Source: an uncultured virus (IMG/VR IMGVR_UViG_3300020451_000536) (taxonomy: Duplodnaviria; Heunggongvirae; Uroviricota; Caudoviricetes). From it: a DNA stretch of 64,000 nt. Positions 9,064 to 18,414 of the stretch are shown in pieces. The DNA is taken from the IMG/VR virus record IMGVR_UViG_3300020451_000536. One strand, written 5' to 3'. Position 1 is the stretch's first letter. Each line of letters starts with the position of its first letter. The translations under genes and the position numbers were made by a program. The notes beneath the pieces were generated by a model. That model searched no databases and was not told the DNA's origin. It saw only the letters and a program-made list of their open reading frames with translations.

Positions 9064-9770
9064 TACTCTGTCATCCATTTATCAGGCCCAATAGAGGGAA
9101 CTGTTTTGATGTATCTATTACTATCACCCAAGTCATCTAGTTCTTTTTCTATATTAGATAAAGATTGAACTTCGTCTTGGTCTAAAGATTTGTCAACACT
9201 TCTTTCTAATTCTTTAAATGCGTTATTAGAACGAAGTTTTGCATATACAGCTCTATCTTTTCTCATTCTATTCATAAGTATTTTTATAGCTTCTTCATCA
9301 GAATACTCTAATAATACAAATGAACGATATTGAGTTCCAGCAGGATATACTTCCATATCTTTTATTTTATAACCAGCAACATCTACTGATGCAATTACAT
9401 TTTTAGATACTCTTTCTAATTCATTTAATACTTGAGAATCTAAATCAGTAGTACCAGTTTTTGCAATAAATTGTTTGGTCATACTATCAAGTTTACCATT
9501 TATTCTATCTGCAAGAACTGTTTTTGCGTTCATAGTTGCAATATCAACAGATAATTGTAAGTCTGGTGCGATTGCAGTTCCAGATGAGTAAATCATTTTT
9601 TCATCTTCTGGAAGTTCTTTGAACCAATCTGGTATTGCACTAGATGTACTTTCAACTTTTTCTATTTGTTGTTGAATCTCTGGTGTTTCAACCAAAGGGT
9701 CAACATCTATTTGAGTTGCACAAGAACCTAGTGCGATGAGAGGTAAGATACTAAATAGTTTCTTCTTCAT
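9063..9770 (-). CDS. Lipoprotein (LPP20-like)
   Basis: MKKK-hydrophobic-LGSC lipobox; IPDWF, YSSGTA..PDLQLSVD.A. Confidence 0.75.
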   Translation of the reverse strand: MKKKLFSILPLIALGSCATQIDVDPLVETPEIQQQIEKVESTSSAIPDWFKELPEDEKMIYSSGTAIAPDLQLSVDIATMNAKTVLADRINGKLDSMTKQFIAKTGTTDLDSQVLNELERVSKNVIASVDVAGYKIKDMEVYPAGTQYRSFVLLEYSDEEAIKILMNRMRKDRAVYAKLRSNNAFKELERSVDKSLDQDEVQSLSNIEKELDDLGDSNRYIKTVPSIGPDKWMTE

Positions 9771-9945
9771 AACTAATCACCTCCTCTTCATCAGAATTTT
9801 GTAGTTTATCTTTTGACCAATCAGATACATCTTTTATATCTTGACCGAATCCAGAAACAGTACCACAAGACTGTGTAAATATAAGTAGAGCAGCAACTCC
9901 ACATAAAATTAAAACATTAGTTATAATGCCTTTAGTTTTATTCAT
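9751..9945 (-). CDS. Entericidin EcnA/B-like small lipoprotein
   Basis: Hydrophobic leader then CGTVSGFGQDIK, resembling the entericidin CNTxxGxGxD pattern. Confidence 0.65.
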   Translation of the reverse strand: MNKTKGIITNVLILCGVAALLIFTQSCGTVSGFGQDIKDVSDWSKDKLQNSDEEEVISYEEETI

Positions 9946-9948
9946 ATA

Positions 9949-10401
9949 TCACCTATTACATTGTTTAAGTTTAACTTCTTGCAATCCCAAACCTGGCATT
10001 ACAACATTAAGTGTCTCTATTCTACACTCAATTCTTTGTTTTGTCAAGTCCCTAACTTGACAATTTAAATTTTTAGTTGATTCTAATGTTTCTGGAACAA
10101 ATTCTTGTAATAATCTTTCTTTTGCACGATTAACTGCATTTTGACAAGCCTCATTTTCTGACATATCTGGAGTAAATATATAATCTTGTGAAGTCATATA
10201 CCACTTACCTAATATTTTTGCTTTGATTAATACTTTACATTTCTTTGTTTCTCTAAAATATTCTGTTACTGTTTTATCTTTTACGATTACTGAATCTACT
10301 GTACCTTGCATAGTAGATGTGGTTTGATTATCATATTCACAAGGATTTGTTGCGAAAACAAATGATGGTAGTAAACACAATATACTAATCTTTTTAATCA
10401 T
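9949..10401 (-). CDS. Secreted Cys-containing hypothetical protein
   Basis: Signal peptide ending VFA; six Cys in the mature part. Confidence 0.7.
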   Translation of the reverse strand: MIKKISILCLLPSFVFATNPCEYDNQTTSTMQGTVDSVIVKDKTVTEYFRETKKCKVLIKAKILGKWYMTSQDYIFTPDMSENEACQNAVNRAKERLLQEFVPETLESTKNLNCQVRDLTKQRIECRIETLNVVMPGLGLQEVKLKQCNR

Positions 10402-11848
10402 AAAATCCTTCTAGTGTTGATTTAGTTTCTACTGATTCTATTCTTGCACTCGCAATATTAAAATATTCTTCCTCTTTTTCTATACCTACAAAATCAAAGT
10501 TTTCTTCTTTTGCAGCCATACCAGTTGAACCACTACCCATAAATGGGTCTAATACTGTACCACCTTTTGGTGTAATCAATCTACATAAATATTTCATTAA
10601 CTTAATAGGTTTTACTGTTGGGTGTACATTTTTACTTGGTGCTTTTTCACTACCAAATTTACCAGATGCAGAGTTTACATCATCTTCATACCATACATTA
10701 TTTGATGTTCCACCACCACCTTTTTTATTTTTAATTGGAAAATTATTTAATCCTTGATTTCTTTCTGCCTTTGATGTTTTTGCACAATAGAAATATCGTG
10801 ATGCATCTCCACTATCCTCATATTCTATTGTATATTGTAAAGATTTCATTCCAGAATTATTATTTGTCCAAACTTTATCATCTTTTCTAGGTTGTCGGTT
10901 TACTGTTTTTCTTTTTACATTTTCTGTTTGACCAAAACTTAATTTATCTATACCCATATTTTCTTTAGATTGACGGCCTTGGTCACGAAAATCTGGATTA
11001 GTATCTGGATATTTTGCTTTACCCTTTGTACCAGTTTTTGGGAATATGTCTTTCACAACATCACTACCATCGTGAATTACATTTGCTGGAAATCTACCAT
11101 CTTTAGTTCTCTCTTTTATTTCCTCTGGTGTGATTTTTCTTATTTTAAATGTGTCAGAATCTTGATAACCTTTTCCACCACCACCAGTTTTATGCCACCC
11201 ACTTCTGTCATTTTCATCTGCATATTCAACTCTACATTCATCTATATTGATACCACCAGTTCTATGTTTTAACACATTATCTACAACAGATTTTTCTGAT
11301 AAAGGTTTTCTTGCAAGAACTAAAGGTTCGTGTGCTGGTTTAAGTGCAGTACCCCAACCTTCCCATTCAGTTGTTCCTACTGTTACATCTTCATCTACCT
11401 CTTGACCAAATGCACCAGCACCTATCGCTGTTCTTTGTTCTGATTGTTTTATACCCTTATTAGAGTGTGTCTTCTTTTCTCCAGTTTTAATTCTTTCATT
11501 ACCTAGTTTCTTATCTAATGCTTTACCAACATTCATACTCTTTGGAAATCCAGAACCATATAACCACATTACTTGGTCACGAATCTCAAAACCAGCATCT
11601 TCTATTGCAACTGCCATTCTATGATATGTTCTACTTCCAGAAAATGCAAGTAGATGTCCACCAGGCTTCAATACTTTAAAACATAGTTCCCAAGTTTCTT
11701 TTTGAAATGCAATACCAGTAGAATCCCAACTTCTTCCCATAAAACCTAATTCATAGGGTGGGTCTGTAACGATAGAATCAACGAAGACCTCATCTTCTAT
11801 CATCATCTTTAGAACATTTAAACAATCGTAGTTATGTAATCTTATCAT
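10394..11848 (-). CDS. DNA methyltransferase, N6-A/N4-C beta class
   Basis: TDPPY (motif IV) N-terminal; HPTVKP; VLDPFMGSGSTG (motif I) C-terminal. Confidence 0.93.
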   Translation of the reverse strand: MIRLHNYDCLNVLKMMIEDEVFVDSIVTDPPYELGFMGRSWDSTGIAFQKETWELCFKVLKPGGHLLAFSGSRTYHRMAVAIEDAGFEIRDQVMWLYGSGFPKSMNVGKALDKKLGNERIKTGEKKTHSNKGIKQSEQRTAIGAGAFGQEVDEDVTVGTTEWEGWGTALKPAHEPLVLARKPLSEKSVVDNVLKHRTGGINIDECRVEYADENDRSGWHKTGGGGKGYQDSDTFKIRKITPEEIKERTKDGRFPANVIHDGSDVVKDIFPKTGTKGKAKYPDTNPDFRDQGRQSKENMGIDKLSFGQTENVKRKTVNRQPRKDDKVWTNNNSGMKSLQYTIEYEDSGDASRYFYCAKTSKAERNQGLNNFPIKNKKGGGGTSNNVWYEDDVNSASGKFGSEKAPSKNVHPTVKPIKLMKYLCRLITPKGGTVLDPFMGSGSTGMAAKEENFDFVGIEKEEEYFNIASARIESVETKSTLEGFYD

Positions 11849-13551
11849 AATAATTTACTAAAGTTTCTTTGTTTTTCAAACTTTATCACACTTCTAAACT
11901 TATCAAACATTGTATCTCCCTTATGACTTATGACAAATACATTTTGGTCAGCAAAAGTGTGCAATATTTTTAAGAAATCATCAGTACCAGTAGTATCTAA
12001 ACTACTATCAAAGATTTCATCTAGTATTAGTAAATTAGTGTTGGTTGAGTTTTTCATCTTTGCAACAGCTCTCCAAGTAAAGAGAAGTGCAAGGTCAATC
12101 CTCATTTTTTCACCTTCACTAAAAGACGAATAACTAAACTCATCTCTGTGTCTGGACTTAATAGTTTCATTAAAATTATTGTCCAGTGTAAAGTTAACAT
12201 AAAAATCCATACTTGTCAAGTACCCATTGATTAATTTATTCATAATCGGTAAATACTTGTTGATTATCTTTGTTTTGATACCAGTGTCCATTAATAGATT
12301 TCTTGCAACATCTACATAAAATTTATCTTCTCTTAACTTAGTAATCTGTTCTTCTTGTAGTTTACATCTTTCTGATAGTCTTGCAAGTTTAACTTTATCC
12401 TCTTCAGATACCTCACCTTTTTTCATAGCTTGTATCTGTATATTTGTTTGTCTAATTAATCTTTCCATATGTGTTATAGAAGTACATATCTTTGCAACCT
12501 CAACTTCTTTTTCTCTAATTTGTTTTGATAACATCTCTATACCTTTAAGAAGTTGTTCTTTATCATCTAGTTCTATTTTAAGTTTGTCTATACCATTATT
12601 AAGTTCTTGTATTCTTTTTGACTTCTCTTCTATCTTTTGATTCTTCAATTCTAGTTCTATATCTTGAGTACAAACTGGACAAGTTTCATTATTCTCAAAA
12701 AAGTCTTTTTGTCTTTTATTCTCATCTATTCTATTAGATAATTTAGCTTCCATTTTATGATATTCACGAATATTACTTTTAACACTTTCTTTTTGTGATA
12801 CCTCTGGTTGTAAATTTTTTATTTCTACATTTATTTTTTCTGCTTTCTCTTGTTCTGATAACACAACTCTTTCACTATCAAATACTAAATGTTCCTTTTC
12901 TTCTATTATTCGTTCTTTGTTTTTTCTTATGTCTTCAATATATTTGTTTTGTAAATCTATCTTTTCTTTTGATAGTCTGAATTCATATTCTATTGATTTT
13001 AATTCTTCAGAAACTTCTTTTACTTTATGTTTCAATAAAAAGTTCATCAAAGAAAATATCTTAATATCTAATATATCTTCTACTACTTCTCTTCTATCTT
13101 TACTTCTTAATTGCATAAAAGGAATAAATGTTGAAGAGCCTAGTATTACGACTTGAGTAAATGAACGATAATTTAATTTAAGGATTTGTTGTTCTAATAT
13201 CTTTTGAGTATCTAATGCATTTGCATCTTGATTCATCATACGACCATTACAATATATTTCAAATATATTTGGTTTCATACCACGAATAATTTTAAAATTA
13301 TTTTTCTGTATTACAAATTCTATCTCAACAATAGTTCCCCCTAAGTTAATAGAGTTAACAAGTTGTGATTTACTTATAGTTCTAAATGGTTTATTGAACA
13401 ATACAAAACATAGTGCATCAAGAACTGTTGATTTACCAGAACCATTTTCTCCGACTATGAGTGTTGTAGGACTTCTATCTAGTTGAACTTCTAAGAAATA
13501 ATTACCAGTAGATAGAAAATTCTTCCATCTAACTTTCTTGAATATTATCAA
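11845..13551 (-). CDS. gp46: Recombination endonuclease ATPase subunit (Rad50/SbcC-like)
   Basis: GENGSGKST, zinc hook CPVC, FSEGEKMRIDLA, ILDEIFD, ISHK. Confidence 0.97.
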   Translation of the reverse strand: MIIFKKVRWKNFLSTGNYFLEVQLDRSPTTLIVGENGSGKSTVLDALCFVLFNKPFRTISKSQLVNSINLGGTIVEIEFVIQKNNFKIIRGMKPNIFEIYCNGRMMNQDANALDTQKILEQQILKLNYRSFTQVVILGSSTFIPFMQLRSKDRREVVEDILDIKIFSLMNFLLKHKVKEVSEELKSIEYEFRLSKEKIDLQNKYIEDIRKNKERIIEEKEHLVFDSERVVLSEQEKAEKINVEIKNLQPEVSQKESVKSNIREYHKMEAKLSNRIDENKRQKDFFENNETCPVCTQDIELELKNQKIEEKSKRIQELNNGIDKLKIELDDKEQLLKGIEMLSKQIREKEVEVAKICTSITHMERLIRQTNIQIQAMKKGEVSEEDKVKLARLSERCKLQEEQITKLREDKFYVDVARNLLMDTGIKTKIINKYLPIMNKLINGYLTSMDFYVNFTLDNNFNETIKSRHRDEFSYSSFSEGEKMRIDLALLFTWRAVAKMKNSTNTNLLILDEIFDSSLDTTGTDDFLKILHTFADQNVFVISHKGDTMFDKFRSVIKFEKQRNFSKLL

Positions 13552-13771
13552 TCTTTATTTCACTTTCCGTTTCAATAACAACTCTTGCACCACAAGGTAG
13601 AATTGGTTTATCATTACCACCATAATACATTTTAGAAGGCCCTAGTATTTCTACACTGTGACAGTATGTATTTTTCTTACCTTCTTTGATTGTAATAACT
13701 GGTTCGTTAGTTCCGTGTTTTTTATTTGCACGAATCTTATGTTGATTTACATGAATATATTTTTTAGTCAT
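13529..13771 (-). CDS. Conserved phage hypothetical protein
   Basis: IHVNQH.IR.N.K.G..EPVIT.K...LPCGARV.IET; tightly packed with neighbours. Confidence 0.7.
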   Translation of the reverse strand: MTKKYIHVNQHKIRANKKHGTNEPVITIKEGKKNTYCHSVEILGPSKMYYGGNDKPILPCGARVVIETESEIKIDNIQES

Positions 13772-14276
13772 ATATGTAATCCATTGCAATTATTATTCTA
13801 TCTTCTTCTTCTAAAACTTCTTTAGGTAAATCTGGAGCTCTGTGTGGAATACTCGCATCAAAAACTACAAGTGAATTTTGCACACCCTCTTTCATATCTC
13901 CAATACCTATATAAGTTCCATACTTTGGATATTTATTCTGTGCATAGTATATAATACTTAAATCTGGACTACCATTAAAATCTGGTTTCTGATGTGTGTG
14001 ATACATATTAATCGTTTCTTTAGATTGTTTCATACCCCAACACATTGTAAAAGCACCAAATCCTATCTTGTTTAAGATAAACATATCATATATTGATTTG
14101 AAAAAATTATCCCAATGTTTATGTATTTTAACATATTTTCTGTGTATGTCAACCTTTGTTTGATATAAAGGTTTAATTTTATTTGGAGTAGGGTGATGTT
14201 TTAACTCATACTGTATGTCTTTTACTATAAGTAATCTATCTTCCTCTGATAAAATGTCATTTTTTGTTATTATCAT
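13764..14276 (-). CDS. 2OG-Fe(II) oxygenase-like protein
   Basis: YHTH, SIIYY, LVVFDASIPHRAP, RIIIA. Confidence 0.7.
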   Translation of the reverse strand: MIITKNDILSEEDRLLIVKDIQYELKHHPTPNKIKPLYQTKVDIHRKYVKIHKHWDNFFKSIYDMFILNKIGFGAFTMCWGMKQSKETINMYHTHQKPDFNGSPDLSIIYYAQNKYPKYGTYIGIGDMKEGVQNSLVVFDASIPHRAPDLPKEVLEEEDRIIIAMDYIYD

Positions 14277-14770
14277 TCATCGTCTTTACAAATGCCCATA
14301 ATCAAACCTAAAAACATTTTACCTGGCGGTGCAATGATTCTAATACCAGAGTTAGGAGGCATTACTATAAAACTTCCCTCTTTGAGTGGTAATTTAAATA
14401 TACCTTTTTCACCAGTTTGTATATCTAAATCAATACAGTCTGGTGTACAACAAGGTACATATAACATTCTATAATGTGATGGAACATCTGTTGCTTTATT
14501 GAAATCAGCTTGAACTACATAATATTTACCAAATCCAATATCTTCTAATAGTTTCATTAGTTTGTCAAATAGTGGTTGCATCCAATCGTGTTCAGTTACA
14601 TCTGCAAACCTTATATCTTCTGTAAAAACATCTTTTGCAACATCAAGGAAATTCTCGTGAAAGGATAACGCTTGACTATGCAAAAGAGTTTTATCATTCT
14701 TATTACGATTTTCACCTATCCAAATAGAACCCTCTGGATGTATATCTTTTATTTCACTAAATTTTATCAA
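14273..14770 (-). CDS. Hypothetical protein, possibly a degenerate DSBH/oxygenase paralog
   Basis: TTG start; shares W...F......IGFG with its neighbour; KEGSFIVMPP strand but no metal-binding His. Confidence 0.5.
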   Translation of the reverse strand: MIKFSEIKDIHPEGSIWIGENRNKNDKTLLHSQALSFHENFLDVAKDVFTEDIRFADVTEHDWMQPLFDKLMKLLEDIGFGKYYVVQADFNKATDVPSHYRMLYVPCCTPDCIDLDIQTGEKGIFKLPLKEGSFIVMPPNSGIRIIAPPGKMFLGLIMGICKDDE

Positions 14771-15814
14771 TTATTTTTTTACCAATACCTTTGGATTAAA
14801 AATATTTAGATTCTTACCATCTTCTGCATATTTTTTTCTTTCTTCAGATGGTAAAGGTATTAAACCTTTAGATATTAAATATCCACTATCACCTATTGCT
14901 TTAACAGATGTAAATTCTTTCACATATTCTTTAATGCCTGGAATTACAGCTGCGTGTGCATTTTTAACATAAAACCACAATGACCTAGAAATAGGATATG
15001 TACCATTACTAATTAATTGAAACTCTGGACTAACACCATTCATCGTTGCTGCTTTTACAGCATCTCTGTTTTGGTCTAAAAACGAATAACCGAATACACC
15101 CAATGCATCTGGATTTGTTTTTAATTTTTCTATAATTAAATTATCGTTTTCACCAGCTTCAACATATACACCATCTTCTCTTATACTTCTACATTGTGAT
15201 TTGTATAGTTTTTTATTTTTTTCTTTAAGTTTTTTTCTCTCTGGAAAAGTTTTACAACCTTTTTCAATACCAAGTTCGTTAAGTGCATCTCTAGTACCAG
15301 ATGTTGGTGGTGGGCCGTAAACAACAATAGGTAAGTCTGGATATGTTGGATTTATCTCATTCCATTTTTTATATGGATTAGGTTTGACAGTTTTACCAGT
15401 TACATCTGCTGGTACATCTTTTGCAAGTGCAAGATATAAATCTCTTAATGTCAAATTAAATTCAGCACCATCTTTTGAGTTTGCAATCGCAATACCATCA
15501 AATCCTACTTTAATTTCAGTAAAATCTTTAACACCATTTTTATGACAAAGTTTTACCTCTTTAGATTTAATTCTTCTTGATGCATTTGTTATGTCTGGGT
15601 GTTGTGTGCCTAGTCCAGAACAAAATAATTTTAATCCACCACCAGAACCAGTTGACTCAACTACTGGAGTTTTAAATCCACTAATTTTACCGAATCGTTC
15701 TGCAACAACCGTTGCAAATGGATAGACAGTAGAACTACCTACTATTTTAATTTGGTCTCTTGCAAACAAATTTGTTGCAAAAAATAATGTTAATACAAAA
15801 ATTAAGTTTCTCAT
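14771..15814 (-). CDS. pstS: Phosphate ABC transporter substrate-binding protein
   Basis: Signal peptide; GSSTVYP, STGSGGG, NASRRIK, GFDGI, TSGT, YPISRSL. Confidence 0.95.
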   Translation of the reverse strand: MRNLIFVLTLFFATNLFARDQIKIVGSSTVYPFATVVAERFGKISGFKTPVVESTGSGGGLKLFCSGLGTQHPDITNASRRIKSKEVKLCHKNGVKDFTEIKVGFDGIAIANSKDGAEFNLTLRDLYLALAKDVPADVTGKTVKPNPYKKWNEINPTYPDLPIVVYGPPPTSGTRDALNELGIEKGCKTFPERKKLKEKNKKLYKSQCRSIREDGVYVEAGENDNLIIEKLKTNPDALGVFGYSFLDQNRDAVKAATMNGVSPEFQLISNGTYPISRSLWFYVKNAHAAVIPGIKEYVKEFTSVKAIGDSGYLISKGLIPLPSEERKKYAEDGKNLNIFNPKVLVKK

Positions 15815-15823
15815 TTTTCTCTC

Positions 15824-16891
15824 CTATATTTCCATATTACTAGCCTCAACATACAATCCTTTTAACATTGTCTTGAGTCTATTTTTATCTAAGTTATTCA
15901 CATCTAATTCATCAACATATGAATCTAATAAAGTAACTGTGTCTTGTGCATTTTCAATTATTTCATTTTTCACATTCTCTGCTTTCAAATCAGAAAAGTC
16001 TTCTATAATTTTAACATCGTGTGCTTTAGACTCTGTTAAAACTTTGTCTACAAACTTGTCAAACATATATAAGTCTTTTTTATTAACAACTATTAGTTTG
16101 ACATATTTGTCTTTTAAATCTTTTATCTGATTGAAATTGTAGTCTTGACCATTAGAATCATCATAATAAACTTTTTTGAATATTGTATGTGGATTGATTA
16201 TTCTTTCTAATTCTCTTGTTTCTGTATCAAATATATGAAAACCTTTTGGACATTTATCATCATTCCAATATATTTGATAAGGTGTTCCTAAATAAAATAT
16301 ATGTCCGTCATCTGACTTTTTGTGAAAGTGTCCAGACATTACCATATCAAATCTATTAAACTCTGATTTGTCCATACCAGTTTCACTTGGAAAACCGTGA
16401 TGCATTTCAAACCCTTTTATTTCAAGGTGGCCCATTGCAACTGTAGCCTTTGTCTTTTGCATCTTCTCAAGTGTACTGTTGTAATTTGTTGAATTTATCC
16501 AAGGTAGAAAAAATATAGGTATATCAAACTCAACAGTTTCTGCTTCTCTATATATCTTTATGTTCTCATAACGACTACCAATCAACTCATCAAGTGAATT
16601 TACTTCATTAGTGTTCTTAAAGTATGTATCGTGATTACCCACTATCATATGCACATTTATGTCATTTGTCACAAAAGTTTCACAAAACTGTTCTCTGAAG
16701 TCTTTTGCAGTTTTATATGACACAAACTTTCTTCTATCCATTACATCACCTAAATGAATACAAGTGTTTATATTATGTTCTTTGAGATAAGGAAAGAATA
16801 TATCCTCATAGAATTTATAAAAATATGTGTTGAAGTGGTCGTGGTCATTTCTTGCACCGAAATGAGTGTCCGTAACTAAAGCTATCTTCAT
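15824..16891 (-). CDS. gp47: Recombination endonuclease nuclease subunit (Mre11/SbcD-like)
   Basis: DTHFG, HLGD..DRRK, GNHD, GHLE, SGHFH. Confidence 0.97.
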   Translation of the reverse strand: MKIALVTDTHFGARNDHDHFNTYFYKFYEDIFFPYLKEHNINTCIHLGDVMDRRKFVSYKTAKDFREQFCETFVTNDINVHMIVGNHDTYFKNTNEVNSLDELIGSRYENIKIYREAETVEFDIPIFFLPWINSTNYNSTLEKMQKTKATVAMGHLEIKGFEMHHGFPSETGMDKSEFNRFDMVMSGHFHKKSDDGHIFYLGTPYQIYWNDDKCPKGFHIFDTETRELERIINPHTIFKKVYYDDSNGQDYNFNQIKDLKDKYVKLIVVNKKDLYMFDKFVDKVLTESKAHDVKIIEDFSDLKAENVKNEIIENAQDTVTLLDSYVDELDVNNLDKNRLKTMLKGLYVEASNMEI

Positions 16892-16894
16892 TAT

Positions 16895-17326
16895 TTAACT
16901 AATTACACCTTGTGCTTTTAAATATGATATGTTCTTTAATTGTTGTTCTTTTATGAGTTCTTTTGATTGTCCCTCATATGCAACACCTACATTATGTTTT
17001 ATCATATATTCAACTATACCCATTGTTCTATCTTCTTGACCATCATATATATCAAAGTCTCCAAGTGTTCTTCCAAACTTACCAGTTTTGTCTTTGGTTG
17101 TTTTGAGAACTTGTGTAGAACCAACTGGTAAAAAACCCTCAACGACACCTTTTGCATATAGTCCAGCTTTCTTTTCTTCTGGGTCTCTTGTTCTAGATTC
17201 TGGTGTATCAATACCTTTGAGTCTTATTCTTTCCTTATGAATCCAAGTATCAAAACCTAAATCTATATTAACATCAACAGTATCACCATCAACGACTCTT
17301 ACTATTTCACATCTATACTCGTACAT
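16895..17326 (-). CDS. Thermonuclease (SNase-like)
   Basis: RVVDGDTVDV.IDLGF, RIRL.GIDTPE, GKFGRTLG. Confidence 0.9.
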   Translation of the reverse strand: MYEYRCEIVRVVDGDTVDVNIDLGFDTWIHKERIRLKGIDTPESRTRDPEEKKAGLYAKGVVEGFLPVGSTQVLKTTKDKTGKFGRTLGDFDIYDGQEDRTMGIVEYMIKHNVGVAYEGQSKELIKEQQLKNISYLKAQGVIS

Positions 17327-17328
17327 TA

Positions 17329-17511
17329 TTATTTCTTCTTTAAGTGTTCATAAAGTTCTTCAACAAGGTCACTTTTCGTAAACCTTCTATCTAACTCAAT
17401 ACCATATTTACGACCTAGTTTTTCTAGTTCTTTTTTAGTCATCATGGTTAAACCAGCTTTACTTGGTTTTTTAGGTTTTGGTTTAAATAAATTTGTTATA
17501 AAACTAAACAT
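17329..17511 (-). CDS. Small basic protein, HeH/Rho-N-like
   Basis: TKKELEKLGRKYGIELDRRFTKSDLVEEL. Confidence 0.6.
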   Translation of the reverse strand: MFSFITNLFKPKPKKPSKAGLTMMTKKELEKLGRKYGIELDRRFTKSDLVEELYEHLKKK

Positions 17512-17529
17512 TTTATCTCCTTTAACTTC

Positions 17530-17748
17530 TTATTTATTTAAGAATCTTACTAAATCATCATATCCACCTATCCAGTTATCATCTAACCAAATCTGTGGAA
17601 CTGTTTTAAATCCTTGTTCTACTATATAACTTTTTGCATCATCATCTTCATCAATATAAATTTTTTCAAAAGGTAAATCTTTTGTTTTCAATAAGTTTTC
17701 TGCTTTATCACAATATAAACATATTCTTGTACCATAAACTTTATACAT
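17530..17748 (-). CDS. nrdC: Glutaredoxin
   Basis: CLYC active site, TVPQIW, IGGYDDL. Confidence 0.9.
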   Translation of the reverse strand: MYKVYGTRICLYCDKAENLLKTKDLPFEKIYIDEDDDAKSYIVEQGFKTVPQIWLDDNWIGGYDDLVRFLNK

Positions 17749-18293
17749 TATTTTTCCTCATAAAAGTTTTCCAAACTCTTCTTAGTTTCTTTTTTCTTAG
17801 AACTGTTTGCTTTGTAAACTTCTTGACCGTCTTGTGGTAACATATTCTTTTGTAAATAATCCATATATTGATTACCGTAATTTGTATCGTCTAAAGGGTT
17901 TTGGTCAAAAGTAGCCATCATACTTTTTTCTATTATTTTATGTTTAGTGTGTGTTTGTTTTTTTTCTTTTTGTATTCTACGAATAAATGCATAATATATT
18001 ATTTGTGTAAAATATGAAAATGGATTCTTTGATTTTTCTGGGTCAAAATTATTTACATATTGTAGACAGTTTTCTATACCATCACCTATCATTTCTTCTT
18101 TATATGAATAATTGATAAAGTTAGGTCTAAATGATAAATGTTGTGCAATCTTTAAGAAACACTCACCAATATAATCTGTTACTGGTGGTCTATCTTCCCC
18201 TAAAGACTCTGCATCTTTTACCTTTTCTTTCCACTCTGTAATTGCTTCTAAAAATTGTTTATTATTAACATAATGTTGTTTCTTTGCAGCCAA
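17748..18293 (-). CDS. gp55: Late-transcription sigma factor
   Basis: HYVNNK.F, IGECFLKIA..LS.RPNF.NY, NPFSYFTQI.YYAF.RRI.KEKKQ; TTG start. Confidence 0.96.
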   Translation of the reverse strand: MAAKKQHYVNNKQFLEAITEWKEKVKDAESLGEDRPPVTDYIGECFLKIAQHLSFRPNFINYSYKEEMIGDGIENCLQYVNNFDPEKSKNPFSYFTQIIYYAFIRRIQKEKKQTHTKHKIIEKSMMATFDQNPLDDTNYGNQYMDYLQKNMLPQDGQEVYKANSSKKKETKKSLENFYEEK

Positions 18294-18314
18294 TATTATT
18301 TCCTTGTATTCATT

Positions 18315-18342
18315 ACTTTACCATATTTTATTTTATTGTCAA
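18315..18342 (-). promoter_or_regulatory. sigma70-type promoter for gp55
   Basis: TTGACA-N16-TAAAGT with extended TG. Confidence 0.6.
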
Positions 18343-18366
18343 CCACATAAAAAAATAAATTAGCTA

Positions 18367-18394
18367 TTGACAAAATATTTTTGGGTGTTATACT
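18367..18394 (+). promoter_or_regulatory. Divergent sigma70-type promoter firing antisense into upstream genes
   Basis: TTGACA-N16-TATACT with extended TG; no convincing + strand gene follows. Confidence 0.55.
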
Positions 18395-18414
18395 TGTTCT
18401 TGTATTGATTGAAA

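Noticed and set aside
15800..15900. Pho box upstream of pstS
   Set aside because: Only a 9-nt gap containing the SD; no tandem CTGTCAT-like 11-bp repeats recognised.
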